Below are positions 40,578 to 50,744 of a stretch of DNA of 64,000 bases, in pieces. How positions within the stretch are numbered: the stretch's first letter is position 1; each line of letters opens with the position of its first letter. The DNA comes from Candidatus Woesearchaeota archaeon (GTDB lineage Archaea > Nanobdellota > Nanobdellia > SCGC-AAA011-G17 > JACPIM01). The DNA lies in the NCBI GenBank assembly GCA_016188045.1, contig JACPIM010000006.1, positions 26,137 through 90,136 on the forward strand, in the 5' to 3' direction. Under the pieces are notes generated by a model that was not told where the DNA came from, did no database searches, and saw nothing but the letters and a program-made list of their open reading frames with translations. A program made the translations under genes and the position numbers.

Positions 40578-41333
40578 ATGGAAACAAAATTATCCGCTCA
40601 TAAGGCCAAGAAAGTTTTGGACACATATCAACAAGCGTCGTCTAAAACAGAAGTTGATCCTTCCTGGACAAAATATCTTCTTGTAACACATCCTGTAGAA
40701 TTCATTACAACTATTGGAAGAGTTAGTGGTAGAGTTATAGCAAATGTTGCGCCTTTTGCAACTTGTCTTGATACAAGTTATGAGCCACCATATGTTACTT
40801 TTTCAGCAGCATTAAGGCAGCATTCTATTGGAGGGCAGATCCAATCTAAAGGAAAGATGAATACTTATTTAAATATCAGACAAAATGGTTTGTTTATTGT
40901 AAATGTTCCTAGAATCTCTCTCCTTGATGTTATGGATATTATTGCTTACCCTTATTCTAGAAAAGGTTTAGAGGACAAATTAGAGAAAGCGGGCTTAACG
41001 AAACTAAGACCATTTGTTCTTTCAAGAAAGCACGAGATTTATCCACCACTTATTGGAGAATGTTTGGCGCATTTAGAATGTGAAGTAGTTGATATACATC
41101 GACCAGCAGAAAGTGATCATTATAATATTACTGGTAGAGTAGTTGGTGCTTCTTATGATGAAAGTTTAGGAGATGAAATTGATGAAATCAGGGTAAACTT
41201 AGCTAAATTCATATTTCATCATTTTGGGGCAAATTCAGAAAATCCAAAAATTAGAAACATAGGGACTATTTATCCAACAAAAAGGGAAGCAATAACTTTT
41301 AAAATTGAAGAGAAAGTTTCTGTAAGGGGTTAA
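40578..41333 (+). CDS. flavin reductase-like FMN-binding domain protein
   Basis: ANVAPFATCLDTSYEPPYVTFSA resembles the PF01613 split-barrel signature. Confidence 0.45.
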   Translation: METKLSAHKAKKVLDTYQQASSKTEVDPSWTKYLLVTHPVEFITTIGRVSGRVIANVAPFATCLDTSYEPPYVTFSAALRQHSIGGQIQSKGKMNTYLNIRQNGLFIVNVPRISLLDVMDIIAYPYSRKGLEDKLEKAGLTKLRPFVLSRKHEIYPPLIGECLAHLECEVVDIHRPAESDHYNITGRVVGASYDESLGDEIDEIRVNLAKFIFHHFGANSENPKIRNIGTIYPTKREAITFKIEEKVSVRG

Positions 41334-41433
41334 ATGATGCTCGCCTTTTTAATTTAGTTAGGCGTATAATTCTCAATCATAATAAACTTCCAATGGACTA
41401 AAGATTTGTCTGCTCATTCACTATACTTTAAAT

Positions 41434-41925
41434 TTATTTTTTCTTCCATACACCAAGTTCTTTACCTTTCAGGTAATTATCCAGCATATCTATCTCTTCA
41501 TAAATGCCATCAATTAAATCATATTCCTTAGCCTCTTCTAAAGTAACCCATTTGTATTCTGTTAAGTCTTTACAAAGTTTAACATCACCATCATCATGAT
41601 CAGCATAGAAACTAAGAACCAAAGCAGGTATTTTATCTGGCCTGATAAAAGACAAACTTGTTATGTAACCGATATTCTTAATGTTTAATCCAACTTCCTC
41701 CATTACCTCTCTTCTAAGAAGAGTTTCACAAACATTATACCATTGTCCTGCAGAAGTATCTTCTTTTCTTTTTGAATAATCACTTACTTCTAATTTACCG
41801 CCAGGAACAGTCCATTTATTAGGAAATGCTTTTTCATTGGCAGATCTTTTAGCTATCAAATACTTTCCATCTTTAACAATAATGCAAGTGGCAACTACAT
41901 AATGGGCCTTATTAGGATCATACAT
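41434..41925 (-). CDS. NUDIX hydrolase
   Basis: Nudix box GGKLEVSDYSKRKEDTSAGQWYNVCETLLREVMEEVGL. Confidence 0.65.
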   Translation of the reverse strand: MYDPNKAHYVVATCIIVKDGKYLIAKRSANEKAFPNKWTVPGGKLEVSDYSKRKEDTSAGQWYNVCETLLRREVMEEVGLNIKNIGYITSLSFIRPDKIPALVLSFYADHDDGDVKLCKDLTEYKWVTLEEAKEYDLIDGIYEEIDMLDNYLKGKELGVWKKK

Positions 41926-41958
41926 AAAATAAATAAGAAATATTCAAAGTATAAAAAT

Positions 41959-42174
41959 TTAACTAACTCTTTGAGGCAATGGCCTTTTTATTGTTATAGG
42001 CAATATCCCATCATCAAATTCTCTCTTTGAAATCTCAATAGGGCTGTATCTTATCTCTTCTAAGTCTTTTTTACTCATTTTAATAAGCAAAGGAGCCCCC
42101 ATTGCTAATTGCAAAGCTCTAGCGCCTATAATTCTTGCTTTCTCGTATTTTGTGTAAATAATCTTTTTATCCAT
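41959..42174 (-). CDS. rpoK: RNA polymerase subunit K (Rpb6/omega homolog)
   Basis: [22 protein letters not shown] matches the Rpb6 core. Confidence 0.7.
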   Translation of the reverse strand: MDKKIIYTKYEKARIIGARALQLAMGAPLLIKMSKKDLEEIRYSPIEISKREFDDGILPITIKRPLPQRVS

Positions 42175-42196
42175 TTTTAATATATTTTCTTTCCAG

Positions 42197-42232
42197 TTTC
42201 CGCGAGCGCTTTCCTAAAGGGCCCTAAGAAAG
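42197..42232 (-). promoter_or_regulatory. conserved promoter-like element copy B (minus-strand CTTAGGGCCCTTTAGGAAAGCGCTCGCGGAAAC), directly after the rrp42 stop and upstream of rpoK
   Basis: The same core as copies A and C. An A/T-rich AAAATATATTAAAA follows before ATG 42174. Confidence 0.4.
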
Positions 42233-42234
42233 GT

Positions 42235-43023
42235 TTATTTAAAAAGCTTTCTTAATTCTTTTCCTTTCTTTGTAGCTAGTTCAATTATTTTCTCTGTGTC
42301 TTCAGGAGTTAATGGTGAAATTCCACCTTTCTGCAAAGCACATATTCTCCCATCTTCAACAGTTGTAACAGTTAATCTTGCACCCATTGCATTCTCCTCA
42401 TCAAGGGTAGGATCAAGAATGAATTTATTCTTAATCTTTAATACAGTCACCGGTATGGGCAATTCTTTTAATTCAATGCCTTTTTTTGTTTTTTCTTTGT
42501 AATCAATTTTTTCTTCTTTCTCGTCATATTTAGGAAACTTTGCATCTTTAATTGCAGCCAAAGTAGCCAAACCAATAGCATCTGCTAAATTTCCATCGTC
42601 ATTTATGCTATAAGCATCAATCAATATTGTCCATACTTTTTCGCCTTTCTTTATAGTAAGTTTCTTGAAATCAATTGCCTTGCTTTCTCTTAAGCCCCTG
42701 TCAACTACAGATCTTGCTAGTTCAATGCTTTTAATTGTTGGTGGCCCGGATTCAAATTCACCAGAACTCAAAGGCAATAGTTCAACATTAGCGATAATAG
42801 TTCCCTCATCAAGTCTATCAGGATAAGGTTCACCAACTTCCATTTTTATCCCGGCAACAACTTCGGTTTTTCCAATTTTTACCAGAGCACTACCTTCAGC
42901 GGACTTGGCGCTAACACCATATTCAATTTTTATATCTCTGAATTGGTCTAATTTTCTTCCGTCTAATCTGGAATCTTTATCAATCAAATTAATGATGTGA
43001 CTAGTAACAATGCCGTTACTCAT
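42235..43023 (-). CDS. rrp42: exosome complex component Rrp42
   Basis: RNase PH-like, non-catalytic. Gene order rrp4-rrp41-rrp42. Confidence 0.75.
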   Translation of the reverse strand: MSNGIVTSHIINLIDKDSRLDGRKLDQFRDIKIEYGVSAKSAEGSALVKIGKTEVVAGIKMEVGEPYPDRLDEGTIIANVELLPLSSGEFESGPPTIKSIELARSVVDRGLRESKAIDFKKLTIKKGEKVWTILIDAYSINDDGNLADAIGLATLAAIKDAKFPKYDEKEEKIDYKEKTKKGIELKELPIPVTVLKIKNKFILDPTLDEENAMGARLTVTTVEDGRICALQKGGISPLTPEDTEKIIELATKKGKELRKLFK

Positions 43024-43727
43024 TTTAAATACCTCGCCCTTAAAGCATCTTTCTGCACTTTATAGATTTGTTCACAAGCTTTCTTTGCGCTTTTCAAAAC
43101 CTCTTTCAGTTCATTTAAAGTTACAAGACCATCCATTTGTAACAAGGTTATTTCACCAGTTCTAGGCAGCATAGCTATGGGTATGTCAGCCATTCCGCCT
43201 TCATAGTCTTCTTCTTCTTTTGAAACATCTAAAACTACTTTGTCTTCTATTCTGCCTACTGCAACAGCAGATATTAAATCTTTCATAGGAAAGCCAGCAT
43301 CAGCTAAAGCTAAAGCAGCCGCGGTTATTCCAGCACATCTAGTTCCAGCATCTGTCTGTAATAATTCAATGTAAACATCTACAACAGCACTAGGAAATTC
43401 ACTTAAGTCCAACACAGGTTCCAATGCTTTTTCAGTTATGTGGCTGATTTCTTTGCTTCTTCTGCTTGGCCCAGGTCTCACTCTCTCGCCAGAACCTGAA
43501 AAGCTCATCATATTATAATTACATCTTAAAACCCCTTTCGTAGGATCTTGTAAAAACCTAGGATGTAATACTCTAGGACCATAAACAGCAGCAATAGCTA
43601 TTGTCTTTCCAATTTTGAATTTAGCGCTTCCGTCAGCATTTGGTATTACACCAACCTCTGCGCTAATTTCTCTTAATTCATCAAACTTTCTTCCATCAAA
43701 TCTTTTATTGTACGGCATTTTTAACAC
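43020..43727 (-). CDS. rrp41: exosome complex exonuclease Rrp41
   Basis: RNase PH fold with the phosphate-binding PGPSRRSKEIS. Start overlaps the rrp4 stop. Confidence 0.8.
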   Translation of the reverse strand: MLKMPYNKRFDGRKFDELREISAEVGVIPNADGSAKFKIGKTIAIAAVYGPRVLHPRFLQDPTKGVLRCNYNMMSFSGSGERVRPGPSRRSKEISHITEKALEPVLDLSEFPSAVVDVYIELLQTDAGTRCAGITAAALALADAGFPMKDLISAVAVGRIEDKVVLDVSKEEEDYEGGMADIPIAMLPRTGEITLLQMDGLVTLNELKEVLKSAKKACEQIYKVQKDALRARYLK

Positions 43728-44421
43728 CTACCTTACTTTCTAAAAACATTTTTATCTCATCTGTTAAACCTTGAATATGAGCTCTTTCCTCAATTTTTTT
43801 AATAGCCTCCACAGCGATTACTTCTTTCAAAGGATCAATGTCGTATAACCAAACAAGGCCGTTTTGACCAACAACAATTCTGCAATCAGTCATTTGCTTT
43901 ATCATAGATATCATGCTTCCTTGCTTTCCAATTATTCTAGGAACTTTAGCAGAATTAACTTTTATTATTCTGCCTTCAGATAATTTTCTTAACCCAGGAC
44001 CTTTCATGCTTAAATCAATTTCTTTGCTCTTGGAAACATTGGTTATGTTGGCTACAACAAAATCATTATAATCATAATACTGTGTTAAGTCAGCTCCTTT
44101 TGGTATGTATTCCATGCTGCCATCTCTTAAAGGTATGCAGGCATGATTAGAATATCCTATATCAACAAACCAGCAATTATTAGTAACCTCTACTATTTTT
44201 CCAATTACCGTATCTCCTCTCTTTGGAATATATTTAGCATTTAATGGAACCAATTTTAATAATCTTCCATTTACGCTTACAACTCCCACCTGTGAAGCAA
44301 TTATGTTTTCTCCCTCTCTAAAAGCTCCGCCAGCCGGTAAAAAATCCATTCCCTCAGCTAATACATCGCCGGGGACTACAATGTCTTTATCTTTTACTTT
44401 TAATTCTCCCATATTATTCAA
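43705..44421 (-). CDS. rrp4: exosome RNA-binding subunit Rrp4 (S1 + KH)
   Basis: S1 domain followed by KH (VPRIIGKQGSMISMI). Confidence 0.75.
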   Translation of the reverse strand: MNNMGELKVKDKDIVVPGDVLAEGMDFLPAGGAFREGENIIASQVGVVSVNGRLLKLVPLNAKYIPKRGDTVIGKIVEVTNNCWFVDIGYSNHACIPLRDGSMEYIPKGADLTQYYDYNDFVVANITNVSKSKEIDLSMKGPGLRKLSEGRIIKVNSAKVPRIIGKQGSMISMIKQMTDCRIVVGQNGLVWLYDIDPLKEVIAVEAIKKIEERAHIQGLTDEIKMFLESKVGVKNAVQ

Positions 44422-44444
44422 CTCCTAATATTCTTTGAACGTAA

Positions 44445-45137
44445 TTATTCTAAGATTTTGCTTTCTACTTCTCCATGGCATAAACCATTAAGTTTAGAGA
44501 AAAATTCGTCAACCAAACCACCAGGCAATTCTAAATTGGCTTTTAAACTGCCATCTCCCAACCATTCGGTTTTAGGATTTCCATAACTTTTTAATATATG
44601 GTAACTTTGCCCAGCAAATTTAGCAGGTATTACAACCTGAATTTTTTTTGTTTCAAATCTTATTGGTATTATTATTTTTAATTTTTTTAATATATCATCA
44701 ACTTGGTCACCTGCAGATTTATTCTCATCAATATGAACTTTAGCTTCTTCCATTGCACTTTCTATTCTCTGCGGTGGATGTGGTAATCCTGTTTTAGGGT
44801 CAACAGCATTCCTATGTATAATATTTATAACCTGTTTTCTTATTTCCTCTCTTTGCTTTGCTAAATGTTCTCTGGTTAACTGCACGCTTCCATTTGTGAT
44901 TATTATTTTGCTTACTTCAATAAAATCCGTTGTCTTGAATATCCTCTGCAAATCATGTTCACTAGCTTTATCTCCTTTTTTTACATCCTTGTAAATTTCA
45001 TCAACAGCCAAAACATCCTCAATAGAAACACTTTTTCCGTTTCTAAGATCTAGGGCTTTATCACAATCTACTAAAATTTCAAAATTTTTTCCGTTTCTCT
45101 CTAATCTGGCAACTACTGCCTTGTCAACATTAACCAT
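44445..45137 (-). CDS. sdo1: ribosome maturation protein SBDS/Sdo1
   Basis: VARLERNGKNFEILVDCDKALDLRNGK matches the SBDS N-terminal FYSH domain. Conserved position between psmA and rrp4. Confidence 0.7.
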   Translation of the reverse strand: MVNVDKAVVARLERNGKNFEILVDCDKALDLRNGKSVSIEDVLAVDEIYKDVKKGDKASEHDLQRIFKTTDFIEVSKIIITNGSVQLTREHLAKQREEIRKQVINIIHRNAVDPKTGLPHPPQRIESAMEEAKVHIDENKSAGDQVDDILKKLKIIIPIRFETKKIQVVIPAKFAGQSYHILKSYGNPKTEWLGDGSLKANLELPGGLVDEFFSKLNGLCHGEVESKILE

Positions 45138-45138
45138 T

Positions 45139-45867
45139 TTATTTGTATTTAGAAAGTTTGTCTTGAGTTAATTTATTAAATTTCTTTTCATCATTCTTAA
45201 TAAAAGCGCCGTCGATTCTTGAAATATCAAAGTCTTTTCCCAATACTTTTTTTATTGCTTTTAAAGCCAATTTTATCCCATCTTCAACATTAATGTTTTC
45301 TCTATATTCGCTATCCAGTATTTCCTTTATCTCTGTTTCTCCCTCTCCTATTGCTGTAGCTTTAAACTCAAAAAATATTCCGGTAGGATCAGTCAAAAAT
45401 AGTTTTGGTTCTGCTTCATCTTCAGGTCCATCAACACCAGCAAATAATACACTCACTCCAAATGGTCTTGCTCCGCCATATTGTGTAAATTGTTGTTTTA
45501 TATTGCAAATATCCTTTACTATGCTTTGAACATCTATTGGTGAATCATAGGTAACTTTATGTTGCTGAGCTAAAACCTGTGACCTTTCAATTAAAACCCT
45601 CCCATCACTTAATATTCCAGAAGCAGTTGCAGCAATATGATCATCAACTTGAAACACTTTCTCAACGCTTTCAGGAACTATTAATTTTTCAACTATTCTT
45701 TTATCAGCTACTAAAACAACTCCATCTTTACAAACAACTCCAATTGCGCTTGTGCCTTGTTTTACAGTTTTTTTAGCATATTCAACTTGTAATAATCTTC
45801 CATCAGGACTGAACATGGTGCTAGTTCTATCATAGCCCATTGCCTGATGTGACATTTGTGGTTGCAT
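45139..45867 (-). CDS. psmA: proteasome subunit alpha
   Basis: YDRTSTMFSPDGRLLQVEYA matches the alpha-subunit N-terminal signature. Confidence 0.85.
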   Translation of the reverse strand: MQPQMSHQAMGYDRTSTMFSPDGRLLQVEYAKKTVKQGTSAIGVVCKDGVVLVADKRIVEKLIVPESVEKVFQVDDHIAATASGILSDGRVLIERSQVLAQQHKVTYDSPIDVQSIVKDICNIKQQFTQYGGARPFGVSVLFAGVDGPEDEAEPKLFLTDPTGIFFEFKATAIGEGETEIKEILDSEYRENINVEDGIKLALKAIKKVLGKDFDISRIDGAFIKNDEKKFNKLTQDKLSKYK

Positions 45868-45881
45868 TTTTATTCCTCCTT

Positions 45882-46154
45882 TTAATCCAAACTAAACAGC
45901 TGTTCTAATAGTGAATGACTATCATTAGGTGTCTTCCTACCTCTCCCAAATTTTATATACATCATACTTTGGTATCTTTCCCTAACTGCCGGATTCTCGT
46001 CTATAGCCCGAGTTACAAATAAATACCTATTTAATCCGCCAACGCTTTCTAAAAAAGCGCGTCTATCATCTTCACTATCCATATCATCTAATTCTGTATC
46101 CAACTCGATATACCATCTTAAATCTCTATTAGTAACTCTTCCAAAAAAAACCAT
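45882..46154 (-). CDS. hypothetical protein sharing a domain (DDRRAFLESVGGLNRY) with 51529..52158
   Basis: Occupies the slot where Rpp30 usually sits in the archaeal superoperon. C-terminal ...HSLLEQLFSLD. Confidence 0.3.
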   Translation of the reverse strand: MVFFGRVTNRDLRWYIELDTELDDMDSEDDRRAFLESVGGLNRYLFVTRAIDENPAVRERYQSMMYIKFGRGRKTPNDSHSLLEQLFSLD

Positions 46155-46155
46155 T

Positions 46156-46461
46156 TTATATTGCTCCTTTCAAATTGTTTAAAGTGCCAGAAACTCTAAC
46201 AGTTCTTATCATTAAATCTGGTCTGTAAATCAAAGCCAACCCTGTTTTGATTTCATCTACAAATTTATGATTCACTTGAATTATTCCTATTTCATTTTCA
46301 TGTTTAATAAATTTTAAGCCAGATTTAGCAATTCCTAATTCACCCATAAAAGATTTTAAACTTCCGTCTATATCATCCTTATTCATTTTTTTATTTGTTT
46401 TATATAAAATATATCTTTTCCTTTCTTTTAAACTTGGCAATAAATTCTTAATTTTTATCAC
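46156..46461 (-). CDS. RNase P protein component 2 (Pop5/Rpp14)-like
   Basis: LKERKRYILYK and size about 100 aa. Conserved position upstream of psmA. Confidence 0.5.
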   Translation of the reverse strand: MIKIKNLLPSLKERKRYILYKTNKKMNKDDIDGSLKSFMGELGIAKSGLKFIKHENEIGIIQVNHKFVDEIKTGLALIYRPDLMIRTVRVSGTLNNLKGAI

Positions 46462-46596
46462 CCTGAGAAATGAGGTCTAATGCCTTATCTTCCTTTCTCC
46501 CGCATTAATAATTATAAAAAAAGACTATATAAACCTTACGTTTCCAATTTTTAAAAAAACATAAATTTAAAAAGTAAAAATCAAAGGAAGCACATC

Positions 46597-46967
46597 ATGT
46601 TAAAAATACTTTTAGTGGATGATTCAAAAACAACTAGGCTTGTCATTAGGGGGTTTTTAGAAGACGTGTTGGGTGAAGAGGTTTTAATAGATGAAGCTAC
46701 AGATGGAACAGAAGCGGTAGATTATATAAAAAAAGACAATTTCCAGATTTAGTATTAACAGATATGCATATGCCAAGAATGAATGGATTTCAAGCAGCAC
46801 AAGAAATTAGATCTTTAGGATATAACGGACCATTATTAATACAAAGCACTGATGATGCTTCAATAGCATACCTAAGAAAATATGGAGATCAAACCGTAGA
46901 ATATTTAATTAAAGGAGATACAGAAGCATTAAAACAAACCATTAACAAGCATTTAAAACCAGCTTAG
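46597..46967 (+). pseudogene. CheY-like receiver-domain protein interrupted by a -1 frameshift near 46745
   Basis: MLKILLVDDSKTTRLVIRGFLE...DGTEAVDYIKKDNF then a stop. Continuation in the +1 frame gives PDLVLTDMHMPRMNGFQAAQEIRS... Inserting one C in TTCCAG would restore DNFPDLVLTD. Confidence 0.45.
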
Positions 46968-49501
46968 TTCTCTTCCTTTATGCCTTTATTTTTTCCTTTT
47001 ATTAACAAATACTCTTTCCTAAAGAAAAATATCAAGGAAATCAACACCAAAACCCCAGTAATAACACCACCAACAAGTTTCTTGTCAAATATTTCTTCTT
47101 TTTTAATAATTTCTACTTTTTCAGGTTCTTCTTTTTTATCCTCTTGTTTTTTCTCTTCTTTTACTTCTATATTTTCAGAAGCAGTTTCTAAATCAGGTAT
47201 ATTTGGTGAACTTTTTACTGCGGGAGCTGGTTCTAAATTTTCAGTTTTAGTTACAGTAGTTCCTCCTCCACTTCCACCTCCGCCACCACCGCTAGAACCA
47301 CCAGAAGCAACATTTTCACAATTAGTTGCATCTATGCTAGTACAACCACTACAACTCAAGCTACCAGAATTATAACCTCTAACAGAGCAACTATCTCCTC
47401 CAAAATCACTTCCATCGCAAGTTTCAGTGGAATTCTTTAAATTATCTCCGCAAAATTCTAAATTTAAGACATTTAAATTCCAATAAGTAAAATTATAACT
47501 TATACTATCATTCACATAAACAGAAATATTATAATTTCCACTCCTGCTATAGCTTCCTATAAAATTATAATTATCAGAGACACTAACCAAAGTATTATTT
47601 AAATACCATTCAACACCCACAAGATCACCATTAGCATCAGAATAGCTTATATTAAAACTCTGATTTCCAGGTTCTGTAATAGTAACATTGTTCACATTAG
47701 GAAAAAAAGAGTTAATTCTGGGGATATTATTAAAATTAACTCTGATAGTTCTATTATTATCCAAACCAAAAAATCCATCAGTATCATAACTAATGCAATT
47801 CCATCCAAAAGTTAAATTCCCGCTTAAATTTAAACTAAACAAAACATTTTTCTGTAATCCACTTATATTTTTAGTCTGATTTATTAACCATTCACCTGTT
47901 AAATTATGAATTAAGCTTATATTAATTAATCCGGTTAAATCAGAGGCAGTGCAATTAAAAATTAAATTTCCATTCAAGTTATTCACATTATCATCAGGAG
48001 AATTTAAAGTTACTCTTGGTATGTCTAATCCAAAATTAATTTTACTAAAATTAGTATTTCCTTTAGTATCATTGGCAAAAACAGTTAATATGTGATTCCC
48101 TCCCAAAGGAAAAAAAGAAATATTTCCATCAAGACTTATGTTGTTTAAGTTATCTATGCTATACCAAACTTTATTCAAGAATCGGTCATTAATAGTAAAA
48201 TTCAAGCTAATATTATTCATAGAATTGTGCTTGGTTCCATTTACTGGTTGATCTACATAAATTTCAGGATAAATATTATCAATACTTGAAATTGCATCTT
48301 TAACATTAATTCTTCTCCAGCTTTCAATTAATTTCCCAGTTTTATTCAAAGCATCTTGAACTTGATACGGATTTAAATAAGCGCTATCTTGTTCATAACT
48401 ATACTGCTGTAGTAAAGCAGCAGATCCGGAAGCATGAGGAGTTGCCATACTGGTTCCATCCATAACAACATATCCTCCACTCATCGAAGTGGATGTTATA
48501 TCAGAGCCAGGAGCCAATATGTCAAGTAGTTTATTTTTATTGGTATAACTTGCAATACTGTCGCTTTTTGTAGTAGCACCAACAGAAGTTGAATTTCTAA
48601 TGCAACCAGGGCTTGTTATTCCAGTAGTAACACCATTATTTCCACTAGCTACAAAAACAGGGATATTATTCTTTATAGCATTGTTTATTGCAGTAGTTAG
48701 TATAGTAAAAGTATTATCACAATAATCACTAAAAACACTATCACTACCTATACTCATAGATATTGCAGTTATATTATATTTAGTCTTATTATTAACACAC
48801 CAATCAATTCCAGCACTTATTCCGCTTTCACTTCCACCACCACCAGAATTTAAAACTTTTATATGAACTAAACTTGCATTTGGAGCAACCATATTAACTA
48901 TCCCGGTAACATGTGTCCCATGTCCATGATCATCATAAGGGTCATTGTCATTATTCACAACATCATAACCATCAATAATTTTACAACCATTACCAAAACA
49001 ACCACCAAAAGCAGTATGACTATAATTTACCCCCGTGTCTAAAATGCATACTCCGGTATTTAAGCCAGTAATATTATTATTTAAAACAAAGGTATGAACC
49101 AAACTAGCATTTATTAAATTAACAGAACCATCAACAGCAACTTTAAACTTATGATCTAGTTGTATTTCTTCTATGTTTTCATTATTTTTTAATTCTTCTA
49201 AACCTTCCTTGGTGATATTACCAGAAACAGCATTAAAACTCTCTAAATTTAAACTTTCTTTAAAACCATTATCTTTTAATTCTTCTTTTGCTGATTTAAA
49301 ATTAATTTTATTATAGGCCGTTCCTATTCCAACATTAGAATCTCTAAACTTTATTATTACAAGAACCTCGCTATTTTTTTTTAATTCTCTTTCAACTTCA
49401 GGCCTAACTTTATCAGCAGCTACAAAATTTAAAATGAAAATAATACTGATTATTATTAATACAAAAAAGACAGATTGTTTATTCACCACTTTATTTATCA
49501 T
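46964..49501 (-). CDS. subtilisin-like serine protease (S8) with pro-domain, Gly/Ser linker and C-terminal TM anchor
   Basis: Catalytic triad contexts DTGV, HGTHVTG and GTSMATPH. C-terminal SGGSSGGGGGGSGGG linker plus a TM helix. Confidence 0.8.
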   Translation of the reverse strand: MINKVVNKQSVFFVLIIISIIFILNFVAADKVRPEVERELKKNSEVLVIIKFRDSNVGIGTAYNKINFKSAKEELKDNGFKESLNLESFNAVSGNITKEGLEELKNNENIEEIQLDHKFKVAVDGSVNLINASLVHTFVLNNNITGLNTGVCILDTGVNYSHTAFGGCFGNGCKIIDGYDVVNNDNDPYDDHGHGTHVTGIVNMVAPNASLVHIKVLNSGGGGSESGISAGIDWCVNNKTKYNITAISMSIGSDSVFSDYCDNTFTILTTAINNAIKNNIPVFVASGNNGVTTGITSPGCIRNSTSVGATTKSDSIASYTNKNKLLDILAPGSDITSTSMSGGYVVMDGTSMATPHASGSAALLQQYSYEQDSAYLNPYQVQDALNKTGKLIESWRRINVKDAISSIDNIYPEIYVDQPVNGTKHNSMNNISLNFTINDRFLNKVWYSIDNLNNISLDGNISFFPLGGNHILTVFANDTKGNTNFSKINFGLDIPRVTLNSPDDNVNNLNGNLIFNCTASDLTGLINISLIHNLTGEWLINQTKNISGLQKNVLFSLNLSGNLTFGWNCISYDTDGFFGLDNNRTIRVNFNNIPRINSFFPNVNNVTITEPGNQSFNISYSDANGDLVGVEWYLNNTLVSVSDNYNFIGSYSRSGNYNISVYVNDSISYNFTYWNLNVLNLEFCGDNLKNSTETCDGSDFGGDSCSVRGYNSGSLSCSGCTSIDATNCENVASGGSSGGGGGGSGGGTTVTKTENLEPAPAVKSSPNIPDLETASENIEVKEEKKQEDKKEEPEKVEIIKKEEIFDKKLVGGVITGVLVLISLIFFFRKEYLLIKGKNKGIKEEN

Positions 49502-49517
49502 AAAATTTTATTACTAT

Positions 49518-49997
49518 TTAAACCTTTTTTCTCTCAAAATTTAAGGCTTTTTTAGCTTCTCCAGGAGTCATTCCCATAACTCTGCCAAAACTAGCCAAAT
49601 CTTTTGTAGATCTTAATTCATATCTATCTTTAGCCCCGCTTAAAATAACCATTTTAACTTTGTATTTCCTGCATAATGCAACATTTTGCATCATCTTTCC
49701 TAATATCACGCTTCTATTTTTGCTTTTTAAAACATCATTAAAATTAAATCCTATCACAATATCGTTTTTTCTGGCCAACTCACATAGCACTTGATTTAAT
49801 CCGGAATCTCTTGAATGCATAAAATCTTTAGTTCTTGTTTTTTCAGGGCTTAGAAATATATCAATTTTTTTATTTTCAACAATTTTCCTGTTTTTACCAT
49901 CATCGCCCCCAACTTCAATTTTAAAATCTTTAAAAGTATAAAATCTAGTAAAACCAAGCATTTCCCCATTATACTCAAAATCAATTATGTCTATCAT
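49518..49997 (-). CDS. RNase P protein component 3 (Rpp30)-like, short form
   Basis: VILSGAKDRYELRSTKDLASFGRVMGMTPGEAKKAL resembles the Rpp30 C-terminal half. Confidence 0.35.
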   Translation of the reverse strand: MIDIIDFEYNGEMLGFTRFYTFKDFKIEVGGDDGKNRKIVENKKIDIFLSPEKTRTKDFMHSRDSGLNQVLCELARKNDIVIGFNFNDVLKSKNRSVILGKMMQNVALCRKYKVKMVILSGAKDRYELRSTKDLASFGRVMGMTPGEAKKALNFERKKV

Positions 49998-50000
49998 TTG

Positions 50001-50354
50001 TTATAACCTTCTAATTCTAATTTTGCCTTCTGTTACTACAATAAAACTTGATGACAATCTATTTGATAATTGGCTAATAATTTTATAAACATATTTTTGC
50101 CTTTGCAAAGGTGAATCTTGTTTTAACCTTAATAAGATAACACCAGAAGATGGCTCCTTAAGACGAAAAATAAATTCACCAAAATCTTTATCGTTGGTTA
50201 TTAAAATCCTTTTTTTATTTTCTGCATATTTAATTACTTCCATATCAGAAGCCTTAGGCATAATATCGCCAACATAAACTGCATCATGTTTTCGATCTAA
50301 AAGAAAAAGTACTAATTTTTTACCAGCACTTTCATCTACAAGAAACTTATGCAT
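50001..50354 (-). CDS. DUF5615 (Mut7-C/PIN-like) toxin-type protein
   Basis: MHKFLVDESAG...ILITNDKDFG is the pattern of DUF5615, which partners with DUF433. Confidence 0.5.
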   Translation of the reverse strand: MHKFLVDESAGKKLVLFLLDRKHDAVYVGDIMPKASDMEVIKYAENKKRILITNDKDFGEFIFRLKEPSSGVILLRLKQDSPLQRQKYVYKIISQLSNRLSSSFIVVTEGKIRIRRL

Positions 50355-50360
50355 TTTTAA

Positions 50361-50594
50361 TTATGCAAGCGGAAAGACATCCTCTCCTTTAATCACATCA
50401 GCAACATAATCTAAAGCGGCTTTTATATCATCTTCTGTTAAGTTAGGATAATCCTCAAGTATTTCTTCTTTTGTCATGCCTTGTGCTAATAATCTTATAA
50501 TGGCATCAACAGGTATTCTTGTACCCTTTATTAAAGGTTTGCCTACCATAATTTCAGGATTAATAATAATTCTTTTATTTAATGCTTGTTCCAT
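50361..50594 (-). CDS. DUF433 antitoxin-type protein
   Basis: PEIMVGKPLIKGTRIPVDAIIRLLAQGMTKEEILEDYPNLTEDDIKAALDY matches the DUF433 signature. Confidence 0.6.
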   Translation of the reverse strand: MEQALNKRIIINPEIMVGKPLIKGTRIPVDAIIRLLAQGMTKEEILEDYPNLTEDDIKAALDYVADVIKGEDVFPLA

Positions 50595-50744
50595 AGTATT
50601 ATACTTCTTATTTATACTTATAAAGATATCGCTAATTTTGTATTAAATCAATTATGTCTATCACGATTTAATTAGTAAGATGGTTATTTATTAATCTTTT
50701 TATAAAACACTAATTTTTTAAATAATAACATATTTATCTTTACT

